Positions 52,658 to 61,728 of a DNA stretch of 64,000 nt are shown one piece after another. The position numbers were made by a program, and so were the translations under genes. The DNA comes from Pachysolen tannophilus NRRL Y-2460. Taxonomy: Eukaryota. How positions within the stretch are numbered: the stretch's first letter is position 1; the number at the start of each line of letters is the position of its first letter. A model generated the notes under the pieces. It did no database searches. It worked only from the letters and a program-made list of their open reading frames with translations, and had not been told where the DNA came from. The stretch lies in contig KV454013.1 of assembly GCA_001661245.1 (NCBI GenBank), positions 1,396,502 through 1,460,501 of the forward strand, in the 5' to 3' direction.

Positions 52658-54037
52658 ATGTCTGAACCAAAGAAATCAACTGAAGCTGATGATGTTTTAG
52701 AATTTTTGAATTCATTGCCTGATAATAAGGCGGGCAATGAGGATTCTAAAAATGGTAATGGTAATGGTGAAAAGGGCGTTTCTAGTGGTGGTGGTAATGT
52801 TGGTAATGATAATAATATTTTGGATTTTTTAGATGAGTTGGCTGCCAATAATGTGAAGAAAGAAGAAGAATTGAAAGTTAAGGCTGAAGTGCCAAATCTG
52901 CAAGTTTCTGAAAAACAACTGGAACCTAAAGAGTTAGAATCTAAACAGCTGCTGTCTGAACAGCTGGAGCAACAAGATCGTTCAATTTCAGCTTGGACAA
53001 GTTGGTGGTCAAATGAGGGTGCTTCAAGGGTTAATTCATTATGGGGTACGGCACAATCAAAGGCAGAAGAAACGTTAAGATTGGCAAGAGAAAAAGGATT
53101 GGATCATGATGCATTGAGGAAAGCTTTTAATGAAATGGTTATTGCCAATGAAGAAGATGGTGATGGTAATATTAATTCAAGAAATGGTGAAAATGAAGAT
53201 GAAATTAAATTACCTGATCCTACAAAAGCAATGGAAACTTTAAATAAAGGTTTTGGATTATTTTCAACTAAATTAGGTAATGTCTTGGATAAACTTAATA
53301 ATGATTTAGTTGAATTTAATTCTTCACCAACTGATGAAATTTTAAATATTAAATTAATTCATGATTTAAAAAATTATAATTATTTAAATTCTTTAGTTGG
53401 AGGTAATTTTAAAAAAGTTATGTATTCACAAGTTGATGGTAATTTAATGATTAAAGTTAATGATAATCATATTTCATCAAAAAATGATGAAAAATTTAAA
53501 AGAAATTTAAATATTTTTTATGGTAAAAGCAGTGATTGTGAAAAATTAATCTTTGCTAATATTGAAGCTGCAGTTAAATCATTTGAAGATTCAGAAATTA
53601 TTAATGGAGAAAAATCATCCGTTCAATCTAATATTTTTATTGGATTACATCCAATTGCTATTTCTACATCTTCAAATATTGATTCTACATCTCAAGATTC
53701 TATTAATATTGATCCTTATTCACCAGGAAATTTTTCCTTTATTGTGATATTAAAAGATATAACTCATAATTTCACTATAATAACAAAATCACAACCTTTC
53801 CCTTTGAAATGGGCAAATTGGTTAGATGGAAGTGATTCAAGTAATAATAAAAATGAAGAAAAAGTTGGAGAAGAAGAAGAAAAGGAAGAAGAAAAACAAG
53901 AAAAACAAGAACAACTGAAAGATGAAGAAATTGTTGTTGATCCAAGTGATTGGGTCAAAAGTTGGATTAAAGATGGATTGAACTTATCCTTTGGAGTTTT
54001 AGCCCAAAGCTATGTTATTAAAAGAATGGGGTATTAG
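52658..54037 (+). CDS. MTC1: Maintenance of telomere capping protein 1
   Basis: ADDVLEFLNSLP, ILDFLDEL, KSQPFPLKWANWLDG, DPSDWVKSWIKDGLNLSFGVLAQSYVIKRMG. Confidence 0.85.
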   Translation: MSEPKKSTEADDVLEFLNSLPDNKAGNEDSKNGNGNGEKGVSSGGGNVGNDNNILDFLDELAANNVKKEEELKVKAEVPNLQVSEKQLEPKELESKQLLSEQLEQQDRSISAWTSWWSNEGASRVNSLWGTAQSKAEETLRLAREKGLDHDALRKAFNEMVIANEEDGDGNINSRNGENEDEIKLPDPTKAMETLNKGFGLFSTKLGNVLDKLNNDLVEFNSSPTDEILNIKLIHDLKNYNYLNSLVGGNFKKVMYSQVDGNLMIKVNDNHISSKNDEKFKRNLNIFYGKSSDCEKLIFANIEAAVKSFEDSEIINGEKSSVQSNIFIGLHPIAISTSSNIDSTSQDSINIDPYSPGNFSFIVILKDITHNFTIITKSQPFPLKWANWLDGSDSSNNKNEEKVGEEEEKEEEKQEKQEQLKDEEIVVDPSDWVKSWIKDGLNLSFGVLAQSYVIKRMGY

Positions 54038-54404
54038 TTCAGTTTTGAATATTGCTTCATCGTTATCGTTATTGAGTTTTGTTGTCTTTTGCTTTTGCTT
54101 TTCTCTTTTTTTTCTTTGTTTTTTGTTATTGGTGCCTTTTTACATTTATCTTTTAGCGGTTAAACTCATATCATTTTATATCATATATACTGTTTGATGA
54201 TACAACGAAATAAATATAAACTATTCTTGGAAAAATACAATTACAAATAATATTATCATTCATTCACATTTTCTTGATTTTTAAACAAACCTACCTATAC
54301 CTATACCTATACCTAAAATTAAATTAAATTAAATTAAATTAAAAAAAAAATATTAAATACATATAAATAAACCAAAGTTCATTCCAAAGTTAAAGCTGTT
54401 CTGT

Positions 54405-54997
54405 TCAAGTTTGAGTATGCTTTGCAATGATTTCATTCAAATGCTTCTCATCAACAGCGATTAAGCTATTATCCCAATCTACAAATAGTGGGGGATTATA
54501 AACACCACTTTCTATTAATTTATTAACAACTTCAGATGAATTCCCAGCTACACCACCACTTTCTCTTGACAAGATATCATCATAGTTTTCTCCATTAAAA
54601 CTTTTGGATAACTGATTCAAATCTTTACCCCATTTGGGGAAAGCAATTTGAAATGGATTTCTCAATTTTTCATTATGTTTAACAGCACTTAATATAAATT
54701 GAAATTGATCTTTTGTAGGAAAATTTGAACAAACATCAATTGAATAATTCTCTTGTTTCGAAGCTGATTTATCACTAGTTGCTTCTATTGGCATTGAATG
54801 TCTTTGAAGCTCAGCTAATAATGAATTGGAAAGAGGTGATTTTGCAGAATGACTAAATAGAAAAAAAAAATTATCATAGTTAGCAATTAATACCATCAAT
54901 TAGCAAAGAAACATTAAAACCATTAAAATATAATGAAAAAAACTCACAATAAGGTGATAACACCTGGCATATGTTGAAGAGACTTGAACATTGACAT
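54405..54997 (-). CDS. FMP46: Fmp46-like (DUF1687) mitochondrial thioredoxin-fold protein; exons 54997-54948 and 54852-54405
   Basis: Exon 1 MSMFKSLQHMPGVITL; intron 54947-54853 GTGAGT...TGCTAAC...TAG; exon 2 FHSAKSPLS...FPTKDQ...PPLFVDWDN. Confidence 0.8.
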
Positions 54998-55233
54998 CTT
55001 TTATAACCTCACTAGACCAATAGAAAAAAAGAATTAATGAATTAATGAATTAAATAAATATATTACAAAATGTATATATTTTATATATAAAATATAATAT
55101 GTTAAAGAGATAGCAAGCGGTTTATCCGATAAATAAAATACAGCCCTAATGGTACAATTAATAACCATATTAACCAGCTGATTAACCAGCTAGAGCTAGG
55201 TCTAGTTATATTAGATATATCTATACAGAAGAT

Positions 55234-56133
55234 TTAAATTTCGTATCCAAAGACATCTGGTCTTCTATGGTCCAACAATGGCATATCTTTTCTAACTGTA
55301 TTCAATCTTTCCAAGTCAATATCTGCAAGACATAAATCTTCTTTACCAGCGGTAACATCAGATACTTGACTTAAGACTGTACCCCAAGGATCTATGATCA
55401 TTGTATGGCCATAAGAGATTCTTGGTCTTATAGGTTTTTCACCATTGTCTATATCTTCTTGAGATTGTGTCTTGTGTTGACCAGCTTGGGCTGGTAAGAT
55501 AACATATGATTGTGTATCAATTGCTCTAGCTCTACCTAATAATTCCCAATGTGCCAGTCCTGTCTTCATGGTAAAAGCAGAGGGGAAAGTTAATAATTGA
55601 GCACCTTGTTTTCTTAATCTGAGTGCTAATTCTGGGAATCTTAAATCATAACAAATAGCTAAACCAAGTTTTCCCGCTGGTGTATCAAATGGTGGGATGA
55701 TTTCGCTTCCAGGTTGAACACTATCACTTTCCCTCATGATTGGCCCATTTTCAATCTCAACATTGAAAAGATGTATCTTTTGATACCTTTTCTCAATATC
55801 TCCATGATCATTGATCCATAGTAAAGTGTTTTTAACTCTTTGATCAATCTCACCACTAGGTTCATGAACACCAACACTAACAAAAATTGACCTACCTTCT
55901 TGATGAAGTTGCCTCAACTTCTGCTGAATTTCAAGCACAAATGGAGATTCATGGACTGACTTAGCAATCTGAATCGAGTGTTTAGCATTTTTAGCAATAT
56001 AATCAGCAGCTTCTGGTAAAAACAATATCTTTGCATTTAATGAAACTGCTCTAGTAATCAATCTTACAGCACTAAGACCATTTTCTTTTAAAGAAGATGA
56101 TGAGCACATCTGTGCTGCTGCTATCAAAACCAT
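55234..56133 (-). CDS. NIT2: Carbon-nitrogen hydrolase, deaminated-glutathione amidase (Nit1/yeast Nit2 type)
   Basis: LFLPEA, YQKIHLF, GLAICYDLRFPE, AHWELLGRARAIDTQ, SYGHTMIIDPWG. First ATG at 56133. Confidence 0.9.
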   Translation of the reverse strand: MVLIAAAQMCSSSSLKENGLSAVRLITRAVSLNAKILFLPEAADYIAKNAKHSIQIAKSVHESPFVLEIQQKLRQLHQEGRSIFVSVGVHEPSGEIDQRVKNTLLWINDHGDIEKRYQKIHLFNVEIENGPIMRESDSVQPGSEIIPPFDTPAGKLGLAICYDLRFPELALRLRKQGAQLLTFPSAFTMKTGLAHWELLGRARAIDTQSYVILPAQAGQHKTQSQEDIDNGEKPIRPRISYGHTMIIDPWGTVLSQVSDVTAGKEDLCLADIDLERLNTVRKDMPLLDHRRPDVFGYEI

Positions 56134-56563
56134 TTCGGCTTTCAAGATCAAAATCACACAAGAATTGATTTATAAATTAATATTATTAACAATAAATATG
56201 AATAAACTAATTATTAATTAAATTAAATAGAGAGAGTAAAAATAAAAAAATAGACAACTCCTTCCAAGATCAATTAATTATTTCAATAAGAGAAAGAAAG
56301 AAACAAAGAAAGATTGAGAGAGAGAAATAAAGCCACAATTGACGAGTCCTCTAAGACAAAGGCAATTTGTATAGAATTTCTAATTTCAAAGCATTGGAGA
56401 TACCGATAAATTAAGTTCAATGAGGCAAAATCATCTTGGGTTTTTAAAAATGTTTGCCGAAATCTCACTTTTCAATGTGGTAGAAAAGAGAGTTTAGTTT
56501 AGTTTAGTTTTCAATTAATATCATCATTCATATATACGTAGAAATCTATTTACTTAATTTTCT

Positions 56564-57922
56564 TCAGACTGGAGTTGGAACTTCGTTAGTATCATGGGTT
56601 GATAAATCATCTAATTCGAAATCATCATGAACTGCTGTGTATTCGCCGTGCATATCCACCTGTAGTTCATTTGCACCTACTAATTTCAAATATAATTGTA
56701 ATAATAGTAAGAACCAAAGATTAATCAAAGATGCAGCACTTGTTAATACCAAGATATAAGCAGAATGATCTGACCCTAATCTTGTGACCAACTCTAATTG
56801 TTCTTCATTAGCACCCATAAACAATATTCCAGATTCTATTAATAAGAAAGCAGGAAAATATTGGAAAGAAAGAATCTTATTAGGAACTGATCTTTCATCT
56901 TTTAAAAGAAACCCAATTTCAATGATTCTTGTTAGTCCACCACTCATCAACATGAGTCCAAACATTGAATGAACTTTAGTACTAACAGCTAAATGTTGTG
57001 TATGTTCAGACATGGAATATCCTGTAAACATTAACACCACTGCAGGAATAAACGATCTTCTTCCACCACGACTTAAATAAATCCCCAATAACCCCATAGA
57101 CCACCATACTATACCCATTGAGGTATGTTGATAATCACCCATATTCCAAGGTTCTTTACCCCATCTATGTTCTGTCCATGTATTGATAAAACCCCAAACA
57201 GTAATAATAATAGAATCAAACATTTCTGGACTTTGTTTCGAGTTTGTACCATTTCTAATCCAAGGAATAATAAGTAAAACGGTATAATAAAAACCATACA
57301 ATACAAATGAACTCCCCATAATACCATGAGCAATACATTGACCTGTAGATTTCCCATAACAAAAACCAAACATTGCAACTACTGCCATACATACTTTAAC
57401 CCAACCAGTTACAGTGGCCAATATTGATAAAATTTTATGTAATACAACTAAAAATTTTTCACTCAATCTTGAAGCCCATTTACTTAAGCTTTTATTTTCA
57501 TTATCCAAGAAAATATGTGTACCACTAGTTAAACTACCAACAAATGCTGTGAAAACAGTGAAAAAGGCCAAAAACCACGCAGTACCTCTTGAAGTGACGT
57601 TTTCATAACCATCTCTATCCGGGAACCTCAATATTATTGCCTCTAAAGTAGCATAAATAGCAGATATCACTTGTAAAACAGATGCTGTTGCATGTTTACC
57701 AGCAAAAACTAAAATAGTAGAAATTGATGGAATTATCAATAAGAAAAAAAGAGTCAATAACCAATGGAAAGTCTTTGAAACAGCATGTAAATCACTAAAA
57801 TCAATTGGCAGCAAGTCACTACCATCTTCCTCCTCCATATCCATTGCTCCAACTGATCCCACCAACACCGAGCAAATGAAAATGAAAATCATTTTGAAAT
57901 CAAGAATCAAAAATTGTTTCAT
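56564..57922 (-). CDS. YTP1: Ytp1 polytopic membrane protein
   Basis: GQCIAHGIMGSSF, NTWTEHRWG, GDYQHTSMGIVWW, STKVH, LFMGANEEQ. Adjacent to KEX2, as in S. cerevisiae. The start could be the next ATG, at 57892. Confidence 0.88.
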   Translation of the reverse strand: MKQFLILDFKMIFIFICSVLVGSVGAMDMEEEDGSDLLPIDFSDLHAVSKTFHWLLTLFFLLIIPSISTILVFAGKHATASVLQVISAIYATLEAIILRFPDRDGYENVTSRGTAWFLAFFTVFTAFVGSLTSGTHIFLDNENKSLSKWASRLSEKFLVVLHKILSILATVTGWVKVCMAVVAMFGFCYGKSTGQCIAHGIMGSSFVLYGFYYTVLLIIPWIRNGTNSKQSPEMFDSIIITVWGFINTWTEHRWGKEPWNMGDYQHTSMGIVWWSMGLLGIYLSRGGRRSFIPAVVLMFTGYSMSEHTQHLAVSTKVHSMFGLMLMSGGLTRIIEIGFLLKDERSVPNKILSFQYFPAFLLIESGILFMGANEEQLELVTRLGSDHSAYILVLTSAASLINLWFLLLLQLYLKLVGANELQVDMHGEYTAVHDDFELDDLSTHDTNEVPTPV

Positions 57923-58417
57923 CTTTGATGTGGTTTTGATTTTACCTTTCCCTAGTACACAAAAAAAAACAGAATATTAAGTAAAACCTTTTAATCAATT
58001 CTCAAACAACTCAATTCACAATTCACAATTCACACTCACTATCAACCCATTGACCAACCACGGGTTCACCAATTATCAGTAATTTCCTAGTATTTTTTAT
58101 ATGTTATATTCTCCTTACAAAGCACCTGATATCTACAGAGCAAAAAGGCGGAAATGTTCCCGCTAATTTTACACTACTTGGTCGCTCAATAAATCAGCCG
58201 GCTGAGCCATCTTGAGCAACAACAAGTACGGATTTATCAAGAATTGACAAGTGGGATAACTGAATTTTTATATAAAAGCCTATAAGATCAAAGGTGATAA
58301 TGATAAAAATGAAAAAAAAAAAGAAAAAGATAAAATAAGAAAAAGAGAATAAATAAAACACAAAAAACGAAAAATTCAAGCAGAAAACAAAAAACCAAGA
58401 AAAATCTCTATCATTAA

Positions 58418-61159
58418 TTATTTATCTTCTGGATCAGAGGTGATTTTGAACATCTCATCATCGTCTTCATCTAGACCGTTAAACGAATTGTATAGCCTTT
58501 CCCTTTCTTCATCATCCTTACGTTGGTATTCTTTGGCGTAATTTTTCTTTAAAGTTGGAAGTTTTGTATTTTCTTTTTGTTGTTGTTGTTGTTGTTGTTG
58601 CTGTTGCTGCTGTTGTTTCTTATCTTGCTGTTCAGAACCTTTCAGTGCAGGTTTTCCCTTCTTGATAAACGCATCGTCTTCATTGGCATCCAAATCAAAG
58701 GAATCGTTGTCGTTGTCGTTGATATCATTGGCATCACTTCTGAACGGATTTTGCAATGTATTCATATCATTAGGATTATTAGAACTACTATCATCTGTAG
58801 TTTCTTCTTCACTGTCATATTCATCTTCTGGTTGAAGTATATCAAACTCAAATTCGTCTCTTCTTCTACGGCGTCTATTTTTATTACTTGACTTCATCAA
58901 GATGTATAAACATACAACGAAACCAATGACAAATAAAAAGAATAAGTATTCGACAGTATGACCATGATCCGTACTATGTTGGAACTTACCAGTTTCCTCT
59001 GATTCATTGTTTTCTCCATTTTCCAGATCGTTTACCGATGTATCTTCATCAGAAGTACCTGAACCTAATGTAGCCAGTGCTTCCTCAGTTGATTTAGTGG
59101 TAGTAACAGCAGATGTCGTGGAGAGAGAAGTAGTAATTTCAGAAGTCGTTTCTGTTGTAGTAGAAGAACTAGAAGTAGTGACAGTAGCTGCTATTGAGGA
59201 AGAAGAAGAAGATGATGATGGCGATGATGAAGATAATGTAGCATATACTATTGTTTGTGTTGTTGAGAGTGAAGTCTGAGTTGATGTTGTCAAATACACA
59301 TCAGGATCATTTTCATGACCTGGAAGAGGGAATCTTTTAGCCTTTGATGGATCAATACATTCACCAAAAAATTTCAATCTCCAATCTCTAACATTGATTT
59401 TAGTATTATCAGTTCCAGACACTTCCAACTCCCAATCACCTTCTCCTGATTCACCCCAATGAGCAACACTCATAAAAGTCCAATCTTGAAACCCATCTCT
59501 GGCTTCATCAAGTTTCCTGAATGGAGCTAATTCAGATACTATTCCAGATGGAGAAGTTAATTTCACTTTAACTTTACCTCTTATATCAGCATCAATATTC
59601 ACAGTAACAGTAACTTGTTCAAGACTTTCTACATTAGCATCTTCTAATTCCTCTCTCTTGACAACAGTTTTAGTTGTCACCGAACCATCATTTTCAATCT
59701 GTTGATTAACCGTTGTTAATGGAGCATAATACCAAGCCTGTGGTTTGAGATTTGTCCAATTTTTTGCCATTTCAACAATTGCGTAAGCATCAATTTTACC
59801 AAACCCATATTTATGAGAATATCTTTTACTTATAGCAGTATTTTGCCAACTACCATCTTGACTATTTACCTCAACAGAGCTTAATACTGAAAGGTATTGA
59901 ACATCTCTCCAACTCAACTGTGGATTAGCTTCTAAAACTAAAGAATAAATACCCGCCGCCAAAGGAGCTGCAGCTGAAGTACCACCATGACGATTTGTAC
60001 ATGATCCTTTTATATCTCCAGTATTAACAAACTCTCCAGAACCTGATGAATAAGTTGTTACCAAGACAGCTGAACATGATTCAGCATAAGGTGGATGTAA
60101 GCCTTTATGATCTATAGCACTCACTGTGATTGAATATATGCTATTTGTATATCCATCAAAATTACAATTATCACCATGAAGTCCTCCATTACCACTGGCA
60201 AATACATAAATAGCACCCTTTTTATCCCTACCATCTAAGACACCTTTTATGATAGCGCTTTTAACTATAGTGTCAGGTGCTTGCATTGATTTTCCATCAT
60301 CCGGAGGACCCCAAGAGCATGAATAGATATCGTTAACATCTAACCCGTAGATTAACGCTGCAGCCTCATCTTCGGAAGTGATCTGAGCAGACAAAATTCT
60401 AATTCCCGATACTTTTGAATTATATGCAACGCCTACTCCACAGTAATCATTTCCCTTTTCTGCAGCAATTTCAGAGGCACATCTAGTACCATGATAATCA
60501 TCATTTAATTTAGGTTTTGGTAATTTTTGGTTATCATTGAAATCCCAAGATCCTTCTTCACAAAAGGCCCTTGATAAATCTCTACTCTCATAATCTAAGC
60601 CATCATCAACTATAGCAGTGACAACTCCTGTACCAGTTATTCCATTGTACCAAACACCTGTTACATTAATATCGTGTCCCGGAAATGAAGGATTTAACAA
60701 ATGCCATTGTTTTTCGAAAAGAGGATCATCTATACCTAACCTTTTCTCAGCATCATAAATTTTTTCCATAGATTTATCTTGAGCAGGATATCTCTTGTAT
60801 AATTTTCTCGGTGGAAGTAAAGATAAAGATTTTAATTTTGAATCTATTAACCCATTGTATAATTCACAATCTCTTTTCATTAAAACATGATCATTATTAT
60901 TTATATTCCCTAATAATTTTGAATGTTCATGCTCTTTCGGTATAGAAAAAACATAATAATCAGATAACCCACGAGCGGAATGTTCATAAGTGAAATTTGT
61001 AAAAATTTCTTTAAAACTGGTCATCTCATCAATATTTGAAAACTGTACTGCAAAATAGTCTTTGGAACTATAATCTCTTTCAGGAATCTTCATACATCTT
61101 GACAACGAGCACCATAGCAATGGAATTATTAGCACCAGATGTAATAACGTCAAATTCAT
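58418..61159 (-). CDS. KEX2: Kexin (Kex2) proprotein convertase
   Basis: AIVDDGLDY, HGTRCASE, YSCSWGP, HGGTSAAAP, P-domain WTFMSVAHWGE, Ser/Thr stalk, TM helix and acidic tail. First ATG at 61159. Confidence 0.97.
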   Translation of the reverse strand: MNLTLLHLVLIIPLLWCSLSRCMKIPERDYSSKDYFAVQFSNIDEMTSFKEIFTNFTYEHSARGLSDYYVFSIPKEHEHSKLLGNINNNDHVLMKRDCELYNGLIDSKLKSLSLLPPRKLYKRYPAQDKSMEKIYDAEKRLGIDDPLFEKQWHLLNPSFPGHDINVTGVWYNGITGTGVVTAIVDDGLDYESRDLSRAFCEEGSWDFNDNQKLPKPKLNDDYHGTRCASEIAAEKGNDYCGVGVAYNSKVSGIRILSAQITSEDEAAALIYGLDVNDIYSCSWGPPDDGKSMQAPDTIVKSAIIKGVLDGRDKKGAIYVFASGNGGLHGDNCNFDGYTNSIYSITVSAIDHKGLHPPYAESCSAVLVTTYSSGSGEFVNTGDIKGSCTNRHGGTSAAAPLAAGIYSLVLEANPQLSWRDVQYLSVLSSVEVNSQDGSWQNTAISKRYSHKYGFGKIDAYAIVEMAKNWTNLKPQAWYYAPLTTVNQQIENDGSVTTKTVVKREELEDANVESLEQVTVTVNIDADIRGKVKVKLTSPSGIVSELAPFRKLDEARDGFQDWTFMSVAHWGESGEGDWELEVSGTDNTKINVRDWRLKFFGECIDPSKAKRFPLPGHENDPDVYLTTSTQTSLSTTQTIVYATLSSSSPSSSSSSSSIAATVTTSSSSTTTETTSEITTSLSTTSAVTTTKSTEEALATLGSGTSDEDTSVNDLENGENNESEETGKFQHSTDHGHTVEYLFFLFVIGFVVCLYILMKSSNKNRRRRRRDEFEFDILQPEDEYDSEEETTDDSSSNNPNDMNTLQNPFRSDANDINDNDNDSFDLDANEDDAFIKKGKPALKGSEQQDKKQQQQQQQQQQQQQKENTKLPTLKKNYAKEYQRKDDEERERLYNSFNGLDEDDDEMFKITSDPEDK

Positions 61160-61728
61160 ATTTCTAATCAAACAGTCTATTCTTCTTCAATAATGCTATG
61201 AATTCATATATAATGATGAATTAATTGACAAAGGTTATAATGAAATGACAACTACTAAAAATAAAAATGAAAATCAAAAAAAAAAAAAAAACACAAACAA
61301 TTAAAACAAAATTAACCTTCTCTTTATGCTCTCTAGAAATTATAAAGACATCAATATTACCGCTTAGGACGGAATTATCATATAAAAGCTCTAACTAACA
61401 CAAATCTTAACTTCTAACTTCTTGGTTCTTCCTTTTCTTTAATACTACTTATATTTCAATTTGAGGACAGATTTTTTGATTTCATCTTCTGTTGAAATAT
61501 TTCCGCTTTTGGAATCTTTGCACACACGAACACGACCATAATTTTGCTGCTGAAGATGCTGCGAGAATACTGGTTCAAATGGAGCAAAATGGGATAGCTG
61601 AAGAACGGATAAAGCTTATCGAGAGAATAAATACAAAAAAAATTACAAGATTGATATCTCTCAAAATTATTAATTAAATTATTAAAAAATATATATATAC
61701 TAGAATTAAAAATAATTAATGCTCCCGG

